IMG/VR virus record: IMGVR_UViG_3300033153_008467
Coordinates: 1 to 57,378 of that record
DNA length: 57,378 nucleotides
Strand: one strand, 5' to 3'
From: a virus
Lineage: Duplodnaviria > Caudoviricetes
The notes below the pieces were generated by a model, which worked only from the letters and a program-made list of their open reading frames with translations, made no database searches and was not told the DNA's origin. Below, one piece after another: positions 20,308 to 29,200 of this stretch. Position numbers and translations under genes: made by a program. Position 1 is the stretch's first letter. The number at the start of each line of letters is the position of its first letter.

Positions 20308-20810
20308 CCCGCGTTGTGCCTCACGTCCCATTCTGCAATCGCCGCCTCATAGTTGCCTTCCGCACGGATCATGTTCCAAAACGTCGGCCATTGCTCCCTG
20401 GCCGTCTCTAGCCAAAAGATCATATCCCACGGCAGCAGCCCCAGATAGCCGCTTACCATGTCGTGCAGGCGCTCGGCCCCCCCGTGCGGATCGGACGGCC
20501 AGACGGGAACCCACAGATCGCGGTGGTGATCCACCGTCAGCCTGCCGGACTCGGATCGCTTCCTCGCCCATGACTCGATGGATGCTTCTCGCTCGCGGCG
20601 GAGCCAGACGAACAGGGCCTCCGGGTACATCCGTCTCAGCCGCGGCACGACGGGGAACAGGCAGCCGCCCACGGCGATATGGTTGTCCGGGAAGTCCAGG
20701 TCGGGGAAGTCCCCGTCATGCGACGCCGTGAAGTTGGTCATGTGTGAGCACGCCCGCCAGAACGTGGTCGATCCGCAGCGGCCCGTGCATGGGACAAACA
20801 CCCTCACCAT
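20304..20810 (-). CDS. P-loop sulfotransferase-like protein
   Basis: CTGRCGSTT, FVWLRR....IESW. Confidence 0.68.
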   Translation of the reverse strand: MVRVFVPCTGRCGSTTFWRACSHMTNFTASHDGDFPDLDFPDNHIAVGGCLFPVVPRLRRMYPEALFVWLRREREASIESWARKRSESGRLTVDHHRDLWVPVWPSDPHGGAERLHDMVSGYLGLLPWDMIFWLETAREQWPTFWNMIRAEGNYEAAIAEWDVRHNAG

Positions 20811-21502
20811 CGCCCCCTCGGGCACTTGAACGTGCCCAGCTTGAGGTTCTGGATCACTCGCCCGTCGCCGTACTCTTCGCACTCCTCGCACACCCGGAGG
20901 AGCATTTCCACCTTCGCTGGCGTCCGCACCTTCCCGCGTGCCAGCCGCCACTCGGCCAGCGCCGTCGCCGTGTCGGAACAGGAGCGGTCCGTCGTCGCCG
21001 CCCACTTCCCGGCCGGGCAGGTCTCCGTGGCCATCTTAATCTTGTTGCTGACGGCCAGCCCCTTCGCTGAGAGCCTGCACCCGCACTCGGCGCACTGGGC
21101 AACGCCGTCGACTACCCGGTGTTTGGGACATGGCTTGCAGATCGTCTCGTAGATTCTCCGCACCTCGTCGTCGCTTCGCACGGGGAAGCCGGCCCGTGCC
21201 CATCGTAGCAGGGCCTTCGTGTAGTGGCCGGCCAGCTCTCGGATGCCGAGTCGCTTCAGGCCGTCGTCGATCAGCTCCTTGCCCTGTTCGGTCAACTTCG
21301 CGGGGGCATCGCGGCACCCATGCCGCCCAACGTCCGGGCGATTGGCCCTCACGTCAATGACACCCTGCTCGGGCGGTTTGATTTTCTCTTGCTGCGGCCG
21401 ACAGCGGCGAACGAACGGCTGCTTCTCTCCGCGCCCTTTGCCGAATCCGCATATGGGGCAAACGTATTCGCCGTTCTGTTCTATCGGTTTACAAAGTATC
21501 AT
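20804..21502 (-). CDS. Cys-rich zinc-binding protein
   Basis: CPICG; ICKPC...CAECGC...CPAGKW; second CEEC...CPRGRW unit. Confidence 0.7.
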   Translation of the reverse strand: MILCKPIEQNGEYVCPICGFGKGRGEKQPFVRRCRPQQEKIKPPEQGVIDVRANRPDVGRHGCRDAPAKLTEQGKELIDDGLKRLGIRELAGHYTKALLRWARAGFPVRSDDEVRRIYETICKPCPKHRVVDGVAQCAECGCRLSAKGLAVSNKIKMATETCPAGKWAATTDRSCSDTATALAEWRLARGKVRTPAKVEMLLRVCEECEEYGDGRVIQNLKLGTFKCPRGRW

Positions 21503-22902
21503 GCCGCAGTCAACCTTACTTTCATACCAGACAAATCACACGCCCACCCGCACGTTCCGGTAAAGTAATTCTCAAGTTGGATGTCTAAACTACCGCAAGG
21601 TAGAGGAAAGGCAAGGTCAGAACGGGTCCATACAAACCCGTCGTAAGTGCCGAACATAGAAAGCTTTATTCTTCCTGAGTTTCCGCTGCGACCAAATTCC
21701 AGTAAGAACCCGTACGATAAGCAACCCCCACCTATGCAAATATTCCCACCTGTATCAAGATAGTAGGAGCTAGGCCCAGCCCCTTGAATCCCGCAACCCC
21801 CGGCTTGCTCGCAATCACATCGTTCGAGATAGTAGATACCATTCAGATTCGGGCAGTCATCGCACGCGGCTGGGGATCTATTTGCAACTCCACTAATCTC
21901 TAGTTTGAATTGATCAGGTACGCTCGCCCCGCAGTTATCACAGAAGTCGTCGCTATCGTTTGTGTATGTAGTTCGTGTGGCGCCGTGAGCAGCTACTACC
22001 GTGCAGGTCGTGTTCGTTCCGTCGCAAGCCGCATCCTCAGGTTGGGACAAGAGAGGAAGGCTTTCGTTGAAAGCCATGCAATCGGGCTTGGTCGTCCCGA
22101 AGTTCTTCTGCCATGTTTGTTGCGTTCCGCCTGTAACCGTCAGTAGGTAGTCATCCCCAGACTTACTGAGAGTTGCGGTGAACACAGTCGACTGCCCACA
22201 CATCCAGCAAGTCTGCCCCCCCCCTGTCCATGCGCAGTCAGAGCCCGTGAGATAGGTGGTTCTTGCCATGCACTCGCATTGGTCGACATGGCAGAGAGCT
22301 CCCGTTGCCCACCCCGTGATGGAGATGGCTAAGGCGTCGGGGGCTTCCATGTCTTTGCAGTAATCATCGCAGCAGTCGGTGGGGCAATTCGCCTCCGATA
22401 CGGTAATCACGCAAGTGGAGTTGGAGCTATCGCAATCTCCGCTAGACGTCGCGTGATTCAGCGTATGCTTGATACAACAGTCGGGGGGATCGTCAGCGTA
22501 GGTCTTCGACCAGACGTGACCGCCTAGAGTCACCGTGATCGCATACGTTTCAGCACCGTAGGGCCCCGTCTCCTTTGTGACCTCAAGCGAAATCTCGTCT
22601 GGATCGCAGTTAGACCCGATGCAACGGTTGGACCAGCGGCAATTATTATCCGCATCCTGAGGGAGATAGTATTGGCGGTTGAGTTTCGAGCAAGCACCGC
22701 ATTCCCCCTCAACAATACCGAGTATTTGCACTGCCCAGCAACAAGGGGCGTTGAGCGATGCGGATAATTCCTTGCAGTTCTCGCAGATGCAGTTGCACTC
22801 TGCCTCGCAGCAGCAATCATCGTCGGTCGCGACGCCGTCGACGGAAGCAGAGCTTTCGGTTAAGACCTTGCCCGCCCAGATTTGCACCTTGCCGTCGGCC
22901 AT
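21499..22902 (-). CDS. Cys-rich three-repeat protein, putative tail tip/receptor-binding protein
   Basis: 43 Cys in 467 aa (hand count); third gene after tape measure. Confidence 0.6.
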   Translation of the reverse strand: MADGKVQIWAGKVLTESSASVDGVATDDDCCCEAECNCICENCKELSASLNAPCCWAVQILGIVEGECGACSKLNRQYYLPQDADNNCRWSNRCIGSNCDPDEISLEVTKETGPYGAETYAITVTLGGHVWSKTYADDPPDCCIKHTLNHATSSGDCDSSNSTCVITVSEANCPTDCCDDYCKDMEAPDALAISITGWATGALCHVDQCECMARTTYLTGSDCAWTGGGQTCWMCGQSTVFTATLSKSGDDYLLTVTGGTQQTWQKNFGTTKPDCMAFNESLPLLSQPEDAACDGTNTTCTVVAAHGATRTTYTNDSDDFCDNCGASVPDQFKLEISGVANRSPAACDDCPNLNGIYYLERCDCEQAGGCGIQGAGPSSYYLDTGGNICIGGGCLSYGFLLEFGRSGNSGRIKLSMFGTYDGFVWTRSDLAFPLPCGSLDIQLENYFTGTCGWACDLSGMKVRLTAA

Positions 22903-22903
22903 G

Positions 22904-23599
22904 TCAGCACGCCGTGTTGTCTGCGATCTCGCCCGGCACGGACAGGAGGATCAGGCCGGTCGACGCCCCCGTGCCGACGTAGGCCGCGATGGCATACGCG
23001 CTGCGCCCGCCCTCCCCGGCCGGGAGGTACGTCGTGTCCGTGTACCGACCCTGCTCCGGCGTGACGCGAGAGGCGAGCGTTGTTCCTGATAGTGACTTCA
23101 CCTCATACGTGACGGAGCACGTCGTGCTGGCATCGCCATTATCGCCGCCATCTTTTTCGACCGTAACCACCGACAGAGACCCGCCGCCGCCTTGAGCCCC
23201 CAGCATTTCCCACTCGCCACGGTCAGCCATGTAGATAGCGTAGCCCCGCTGCCCGTCGACGGCTTCGCACCCAGTGCTCTCGTCGCCCCCCAGCCCGTCA
23301 TGCACCTTGAACTCGGTACCGGCGTCCGCCTTGTAGCGGTCCGTCTCGCCCTGCCACTCCACAAGCCGAGCCGCGGCCGAGCTTTCCTGGTCGAGGTCAT
23401 CCACCATCTCGACCCGGCGGATCAGCATGCGGGATACCAGGCGGGCCAACTGTCCTAACGGGCCAGACATGCCGCCCGGCGTGGTGAACGCCGACGTCTC
23501 CTCGGCACTCTGGATCAGCTCGTTGACCGTCTTGGCCTTGAGCCGCTGACCCTTATCGTATCTGCGGGGCTCGAAGTCCCGGCGCCGGAAGACCATCAC
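22904..23599 (-). CDS. putative distal tail/baseplate protein
   Basis: Position downstream of tape measure; tightly packed. Confidence 0.55.
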   Translation of the reverse strand: MMVFRRRDFEPRRYDKGQRLKAKTVNELIQSAEETSAFTTPGGMSGPLGQLARLVSRMLIRRVEMVDDLDQESSAAARLVEWQGETDRYKADAGTEFKVHDGLGGDESTGCEAVDGQRGYAIYMADRGEWEMLGAQGGGGSLSVVTVEKDGGDNGDASTTCSVTYEVKSLSGTTLASRVTPEQGRYTDTTYLPAGEGGRSAYAIAAYVGTGASTGLILLSVPGEIADNTAC

Positions 23600-24501
23600 G
23601 GCCCCTCCTGGAAGAGCTTCGCGAAGTCGAACGTGTCATACACCGTCCGGTCAGGGTCAACGGCAGCCACGCCAGCGTCGACTTTTATCCGATGGATCTT
23701 GCACCAACCAGACGATCTGTCATTCGCAGGGGTATCCTCATCCACGACGGCCTTGCGGTAGAAGTGGTTCCAGGTGACGTCCACGTCCGCCTGCTGGTAA
23801 TCCTCACCCTTCATCTTCCGCTCAGCGAACGTGTACGATAGGCTGTACTGGATCGTGCCGTTCAAATCGAACACCCGCTCCTCGCTCGCACCGACGAACA
23901 GGCAGGTCTCCGCCTTGAGCCCGAGCTGATCCGTCTTATTGACTTTGCCGGCCGCGTCGTCAATGTCGTCCCACGGCGGGTATGTCACGCCCCGCCAGGT
24001 GAACGTGTGGGTGATGACCGGCATGACAATGCCCGGTGAGACGTCGCCCGGCAGCTCCTTGTCATCCGCCCACCGGAACGCCTTGTCCGGCATCGTCATC
24101 ATCTCGGCCGACATCGCCTTCGTGTGCGACAGGTACGTCCCGCTCGGAGGCGTCGGGTCGTTCGGTGATACGGAGTAGTTCAGTAGGTCGCCGCGATACT
24201 TGACGTGGACCTCAATCAGCGGTGAGTAGGGGTCGGCCGAACCGTGCGGCGGGTCGTTCGCGGGCACCGACCCCGCCCGCCCGATCGACGTGCCGTACAT
24301 CCATGTGTACCGCGGGTGCTGCGGGCGAGCCGCGTACGTGAACCCCCAGCCCGGCACGAAGACGGTCCCAAACATCTCGTAAGAGAGGGCCGTCAGATCC
24401 TCGCCGGCGATCACCAGGCGTCGCGTGCACTCGGCCTGCCCCGCGTCGAAGTCGATCGACGGGCCGAGTTCGTCAAGCTCCTCTACGATCGTCACCGCCA
24501 T
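23596..24501 (-). CDS. putative distal tail protein
   Basis: First gene after tape measure; beta-rich. Confidence 0.55.
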   Translation of the reverse strand: MAVTIVEELDELGPSIDFDAGQAECTRRLVIAGEDLTALSYEMFGTVFVPGWGFTYAARPQHPRYTWMYGTSIGRAGSVPANDPPHGSADPYSPLIEVHVKYRGDLLNYSVSPNDPTPPSGTYLSHTKAMSAEMMTMPDKAFRWADDKELPGDVSPGIVMPVITHTFTWRGVTYPPWDDIDDAAGKVNKTDQLGLKAETCLFVGASEERVFDLNGTIQYSLSYTFAERKMKGEDYQQADVDVTWNHFYRKAVVDEDTPANDRSSGWCKIHRIKVDAGVAAVDPDRTVYDTFDFAKLFQEGP

Positions 24502-24502
24502 G

Positions 24503-26734
24503 TCAGGCCAGCCCCTGGAGTAACCACTTCCTTAATTCCTGCACGTCCACACGCAATCCTTTTATCTCGTCAAGCTGCTTCTTGGGAATGTCCTGGCTGA
24601 TTCCCTGTTGTGTAGTCTTCCAGAACTCTATCAGTCCCATGAACTGCGGCTGCCAGGGCTCTTCCTTCTTCGGCTCTGGGACGTAGATGTACTGTCGCTG
24701 TCCCCCACCTTCCTGGGTGACAATCTCTGTGGGAATCGCCCCTTCTACTTTTTTCCCGAACTTCTGAAACGCCTTCTTGAAATCCTCTAGTGACAGCTCA
24801 ATAGTCTGCGGCCCCGTTCTCTGGTATGGCGTTGGCAGCTTAGCCGACGGTTGCCACGAGCCAAACCGCCCTCCCTGCTGCTCCGGTGCTACCGCTAGAC
24901 CAGGTTCTCCGATCATTTCCGCGATCAAGTCCCGGACGGTTTCTGGAATCTCCACTTCTGGCGCAGCCGTCGCCCTCACGTCCTGCAACGCCTTGGCGAG
25001 CAGGCCGAGTTCTCCTTTCAGTTGCTGCGCTCTCTCGACGGCGGCCTGCCGTTCGTTCAGGTACGTCCTCTGCTGAAAACCCGCTGGGGCCTCCCTCGCT
25101 TTTTGTGCGGCGTCCTTTGCCGCCTTGGCCCACGCTTTCGCTTTTGCATGCGTGGCCTTGATCGCATTGGTGAGGTCATCTGCCCTCCGTTGGGCCTTGG
25201 GTGATAACACCATTCTCGGTTTCTCTTCCCCTGACGGTTCGCCTTCTCCCTTTGTCCGACCCCACTTCTCGCGAGCTACGGCTAACTTCTCTTCGCGGTT
25301 GAGCTTCTTTATCGCCTCTGCCGCATCTTCGGCACCAGACTTGAGCCCAAATAACGCCTTCGTGTTATTACTAAGGGTAGTCCCGAATCCTTCCCCTGTT
25401 AGCCTCGATTGAACGAATGTCTGAAGCAGTAAGGCGATTCCCCCTGCCAGTAATGTTAATCCTCCGCTAGCTAATGCGGCCTGAGTCGTCATCGCCATCA
25501 TCACGCCGACAACGAGCCGCATGCTTCGCAACACCACGGGGATGAGCACCGCCAGTGTTGACCAGCGTACTCCCATCTCAAGTAGGTGAAGCGTCTGCTT
25601 GACAGTGGCGCTGTCGCCCTTCGCTATTGCTGACGCCATATCCCTCAGGTGATCCACGAACTTGCGTAGCTTCGGCGATAGCTCTTTGCTGATTGCGTTA
25701 TCTATGCCCTCGAAAGCTGACCACAGCAGCTTCAGCGAGCCGAATAGCGTATCGAGCGGGACATCCGCCACCCGCTGGGCAGTCCCGCCCGCGTCCTTTA
25801 GCTTGGCCTGCATATCGCGGATCGCATCGCCGCCGACAGACAGCAGCTCCAGCATCCCGGGCCCGGCCCGCATGCCGAACGCCGTCATCATCCGGCCCAT
25901 ACGGTCCATTTCACCCAGCGGCTCCATTGCCCGGTTCAGGTCGTCGAAGATGTCGGCCAGCGGCCGGAGCCCGCCAGACGCATCGGTGATGGCAACGCCC
26001 AGCCCCTCGAATACGTCCTTCAGCTCCTTCGGTTGGGCCGCCATCCGTGCCAACGCACCGCGCAAAGTTGTACCTGCTTGCGAAGCCTGAATACCTGCGT
26101 TGCTCACGGCCATGAGCAGGGCCGTGACCTCCTCCAACTCCACGCCCGCCGTCTTCGCCACAGGGCCGACGTACCGGAACGCCTCGCCCAACTGCGACAG
26201 CGTCGTGTTGCTGGACGTGAACGCCTTAGTCAGCACGTCCATCGTGTGGTTGAGGTCCTTGGCTTCCAGCCCCATCCCGGCCATGACCTTGGCCGTGATG
26301 TCCGCCGCCTGGGCCACGTCCATCTGCCCCGCCGCCGCGACGTTCAGCGTCGCTGGCATCGCCGCCATGATCTTGTTGGCGTCGAACCCCGCTAGGGCGA
26401 AGTAGCTCATCGCCTCGGCCGATTGCCGGGCGGTGAACACGGTCGTCCGACCGAGGGTGAGGGCCTGCGTCTCCAATGCATTGAAGCTCTCGCCCGTCGC
26501 CCCCGTCAACGCCTTGACGCGGGCCATGCCCTGCTCGAAGCCGCCGCCGATCTTCAGGGCCCCCGCGGTCGCGGCACCGGCGATCAGCAGGCCGAACTTC
26601 GCCTGCCTCGCCACGGCGTCCATCCGGTGGATCGATGTCGTCAGCGTCCGGTGGGCGGACGCCAGCCCGCTCTTGAAAGCGTCCATGCCGGTGAGATAGA
26701 TCGGGACGTATCCTTCGCCGAACTTCAAGGCCAT
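24503..26734 (-). CDS. tail tape measure protein (TP901-like core)
   Basis: FEQGMARVKAL, GRTTVFTARQSAEAM..LAGF, GIQASQAGTTLR. Confidence 0.92.
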   Translation of the reverse strand: MALKFGEGYVPIYLTGMDAFKSGLASAHRTLTTSIHRMDAVARQAKFGLLIAGAATAGALKIGGGFEQGMARVKALTGATGESFNALETQALTLGRTTVFTARQSAEAMSYFALAGFDANKIMAAMPATLNVAAAGQMDVAQAADITAKVMAGMGLEAKDLNHTMDVLTKAFTSSNTTLSQLGEAFRYVGPVAKTAGVELEEVTALLMAVSNAGIQASQAGTTLRGALARMAAQPKELKDVFEGLGVAITDASGGLRPLADIFDDLNRAMEPLGEMDRMGRMMTAFGMRAGPGMLELLSVGGDAIRDMQAKLKDAGGTAQRVADVPLDTLFGSLKLLWSAFEGIDNAISKELSPKLRKFVDHLRDMASAIAKGDSATVKQTLHLLEMGVRWSTLAVLIPVVLRSMRLVVGVMMAMTTQAALASGGLTLLAGGIALLLQTFVQSRLTGEGFGTTLSNNTKALFGLKSGAEDAAEAIKKLNREEKLAVAREKWGRTKGEGEPSGEEKPRMVLSPKAQRRADDLTNAIKATHAKAKAWAKAAKDAAQKAREAPAGFQQRTYLNERQAAVERAQQLKGELGLLAKALQDVRATAAPEVEIPETVRDLIAEMIGEPGLAVAPEQQGGRFGSWQPSAKLPTPYQRTGPQTIELSLEDFKKAFQKFGKKVEGAIPTEIVTQEGGGQRQYIYVPEPKKEEPWQPQFMGLIEFWKTTQQGISQDIPKKQLDEIKGLRVDVQELRKWLLQGLA

Positions 26735-27003
26735 TAGAGAATCCCCTCCGCCTTCATCATCGCCTCGACCTTCTCACACCGTGCCTCTGCGGATTCCAGC
26801 TCCCGACGCATCTTCTGATCGGCCGGACGCATCCAGTAGTCCAGCTCGTAGTCGGTCATCCGTCGCACCACGTCCTTCGGTATGTTGTGCTCCGCCTTCA
26901 TGAAGCGAAACACGCGCGGCCACGGGATATTCCAGGGGGTGGCTAGCCCGACCTCGTCGCCCCCTCTGGGGCCCTCGTCGAGGTCGGGCCAGTCTCTTTT
27001 CCC
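26734..27003 (-). CDS. frameshift (T) segment of tail assembly chaperone G-T
   Basis: -1 frame continues from GGGAAAA as GKRDWPDL...AEGIL* up to the tape measure start. Confidence 0.7.
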   Translation of the reverse strand, partial: GKRDWPDLDEGPRGGDEVGLATPWNIPWPRVFRFMKAEHNIPKDVVRRMTDYELDYWMRPADQKMRRELESAEARCEKVEAMMKAEGIL

Positions 27004-27533
27004 GCCATGTCCTGCCCGCTGGCCATGTTCACCGCCTGGTGGAACGCCAGGATCGCGGCGTTTTCCGCCTCGGCCGCCAGCCGCTCCATGTTGTCGGCCT
27101 TCTCGACGTTGTCGCGGATCATGGCGGCGACATGCTCGGCAAACAGGTCGGAGACCTCGGCCTCCGTCAGGAACGGCATCCTTTCCGCCTTCTCGCCGTC
27201 CTTCGGCGGCCACTTCATCGTGCGGCTGCCGTACCATATGGTTCCGGCCCGCGTGCCGAGCCAGTTGAGGATATCGGTCGGAAGCTGATCCTGAATCTCA
27301 CACGCCTTGTCGACGCAGAACTTGAGGAAGTCCTTCCGCTCCTCGGGGCGTTCCGCGAAGTAGGTGGAGCTGGCCTTCGACTCGTACAGGTCCATCGCCT
27401 TCGGGTGGCGACGGATGTACTCCGTCTCCGCCGCGGGGTAGAACTCCTGTATCCGCCCGAAGACTAGCACCTCCTTGCCGCCATAGGTGGACGGCATCGG
27501 CGTGCCAAACGCCCTGGCCGTGGGCCCCAGCAT
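26943..27533 (-). CDS. tail assembly chaperone (gpG-like)
   Basis: Lies between tail tube and tape measure; SD AAGGAGG; slippery site near 3' end. Confidence 0.72.
   Translation of the reverse strand: MLGPTARAFGTPMPSTYGGKEVLVFGRIQEFYPAAETEYIRRHPKAMDLYESKASSTYFAERPEERKDFLKFCVDKACEIQDQLPTDILNWLGTRAGTIWYGSRTMKWPPKDGEKAERMPFLTEAEVSDLFAEHVAAMIRDNVEKADNMERLAAEAENAAILAFHQAVNMASGQDMAGKETGPTSTRAPEGATRSG
26997..27003 (-). promoter_or_regulatory. programmed -1 frameshift slippery site G GGA AAA
   Basis: X XXY YYZ heptamer in the correct frame, like lambda G-T GGGAAAG. Confidence 0.75.
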
Positions 27534-27547
27534 GCTCACCTCCTTTC

Positions 27548-27958
27548 TCAGACTATGGCCCGCGTAGGCAGCGTCCAGTCGCCGTCGCTCTGCCAACTGA
27601 TCACCACCTCCGTCGGCAGCCCCGCCCTGGCGTTGGCGCTTTCGGCGAAGGATACGATCTTCGCCGGCACCTCGTAGTAGGCGTCCGGGTCGATCACGTA
27701 GTCATCGTATAGCTTCAGCGTGACCTGCGTGTTGCTCACCGGGGCCGCGACCTCGGGCGGCGTGTCCCGGTCGACCTTGATCGTGACCGAGCCGTTGAGC
27801 TGCTCTTGCCCGGTCCAGGTCTTTTTCTTGCCCGCCCCGCCGAACACGCCCTCCTGCTGAACGTCAGCTTCCCACGTGAAGCTCCACTCGGAGCCCACCG
27901 TGGCGAGCCCGCTGCCGAGGTCGATATGGGCGTCTTTACCCATCACTACTCTGGTCAT
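27548..27958 (-). CDS. major tail (tube) protein
   Basis: 136 aa beta-rich protein (GKDAHI, EWSFTW, SWQSDG) upstream of chaperones. Confidence 0.7.
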   Translation of the reverse strand: MTRVVMGKDAHIDLGSGLATVGSEWSFTWEADVQQEGVFGGAGKKKTWTGQEQLNGSVTIKVDRDTPPEVAAPVSNTQVTLKLYDDYVIDPDAYYEVPAKIVSFAESANARAGLPTEVVISWQSDGDWTLPTRAIV

Positions 27959-27978
27959 CTCGCATATCCTTTTTTCTC

Positions 27979-28007
27979 TTGACAAACGTTGGCATAATGA
28001 CTACACT
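27979..28007 (+). promoter_or_regulatory. sigma70-type promoter of tnpB, probably leaderless mRNA
   Basis: TTGACA-17 nt-TACACT; ATG starts 7 nt after the -10; no SD. Confidence 0.75.
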
Positions 28008-28013
28008 GTCACT

Positions 28014-29129
28014 ATGTCCAAACGCACGATTAAATGTAAGCTCGCCCCGACGTTATGTATGTCCGACGCACTTGTCGAGACGTGCTCGGTGTTTGCAGAT
28101 GCCTGCAATGACATCCTTTTGACAGCTCTGGCCGAGAACGCCAGCAATAATATCCACCTGCACAAGCTGGTCTACGCGGACATCCGGCGGCAATTCGGGC
28201 TGTCGGCAAACCTTACAGTCCGGGCAATCCGCCGTGTCTCGCAGGCTATGACAGCCGCCAAAAGACGCGGCAGGAAGCCCAGAATGTTCCGGCCGACGAG
28301 CGTTGACTACGACGCCCGCATCTTCGCCTACAGGAAGGCTGACGAGACTGTCTCGCTCACAACAACCCGCGGGCGCCTTCACGTCCCGCTCGTGCTGGGC
28401 GATTACCAGCGGGAGGCGTTGCGTGACAAGCGACCGACAGCGGCGACGTTGGTTCGGTCTGGCGAACAATGGTACATCCACATCGTTGTTGAAGATGAAG
28501 ACGATCCGCCGAAAGACGGGCCCCCTTTGGGCGTCGATCTTGGGATAACCAACACGGCAACGCTGAGTACGGGCACGATCCACAGCGGCAAGGATCGGCA
28601 GACTTTCAAGAACAAACGAAATAGTGTCCGGGCCTCGCTCCAATCTAAGGGGACGCCTGGAGCGAAGCATGTACTGAAACGCCTCTCTGGCCGCGAACAT
28701 AGGAGAATCCGACACGAGAACCACGTACTGAGCCGACGGATCGTTGACGAAGCCCAAAGGCACGAATGCGGCGTTATTCGCATGGAACGGCTCCGGGATA
28801 TTCGGCAGCGAACCAAGATTCACAGTCGCCATTTCAACCGCATGATCTCCGGTTGGTCGTTCGGGCAGTTGCAGCAGTTCATAGCCTACAAGGCCCGCCG
28901 CCTGGGCATCGCTGTTGAACTGGTCAATCCCGCGTACACCAGTCAGACTTGCCACCAATGCGGCCAACGCGGTAAGCGAAATGGCGAACGTTTTTCGTGT
29001 ACAACCTGCGGTGTCTCCCACGCGGACGTCAACGCCGCGTTGAACATCGCAGGCGGGGGCGCCTGTAAGCCGTCCCGAATTGGCGAATTGTGTATCTCGC
29101 ATGGTTCAGTCAAAAGCCCGTTGCTTTAG
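28014..29129 (+). CDS. tnpB: RNA-guided endonuclease TnpB (371 aa)
   Basis: RuvC I GVDLG, RuvC II MERL, WSFGQL, VNPAYTSQTCHQCG/CTTCG zinc finger, RuvC III ADVNAALNI. Confidence 0.95.
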   Translation: MSKRTIKCKLAPTLCMSDALVETCSVFADACNDILLTALAENASNNIHLHKLVYADIRRQFGLSANLTVRAIRRVSQAMTAAKRRGRKPRMFRPTSVDYDARIFAYRKADETVSLTTTRGRLHVPLVLGDYQREALRDKRPTAATLVRSGEQWYIHIVVEDEDDPPKDGPPLGVDLGITNTATLSTGTIHSGKDRQTFKNKRNSVRASLQSKGTPGAKHVLKRLSGREHRRIRHENHVLSRRIVDEAQRHECGVIRMERLRDIRQRTKIHSRHFNRMISGWSFGQLQQFIAYKARRLGIAVELVNPAYTSQTCHQCGQRGKRNGERFSCTTCGVSHADVNAALNIAGGGACKPSRIGELCISHGSVKSPLL

Positions 29130-29164
29130 TTGCGGGTTGCTTACCTCGCGTACCTCCCAAGTCT
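29000..29164 (+). ncRNA. putative omegaRNA/reRNA; guide about 29145-29164; 5' end approximate
   Basis: TnpB reRNAs overlap the tnpB 3' end and right end; hairpin visible at 29114-29138. Confidence 0.55.
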
Positions 29165-29200
29165 TGGGAACTGCGGCGAACACTGGCCGCCGCCTTGCCG

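Larger units (their letters stand above)
27959..29144 (+). mobile_element. solo TnpB element (IS200/IS605, IS1341-like), no tnpA
   Basis: tnpB plus right-end hairpin AAGCCCG-TTGCTTTAGTTG-CGGGTT-GCTTAC; antisense within tail operon; left boundary inferred. Confidence 0.75.

Noticed and set aside
614-20810. Host capsule or O-antigen locus
   Set aside because: No wzx/wzy/wzm/wzt or priming transferase seen; genes are coupled to phage structural genes
21499-22902. DGR target or eukaryotic contamination
   Set aside because: No reverse transcriptase or TR/VR pair visible; the gene is coupled within the phage operon
27876-28013. N-terminal extension of TnpB in the ORF track
   Set aside because: Overlaps the tail tube gene and lies upstream of the promoter; ATG 28014 fits better
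28053-29102. 349-aa ORF antisense to tnpB
   Set aside because: Shadow ORF with no motifs, unlike the intein case where the antisense product has clear domains
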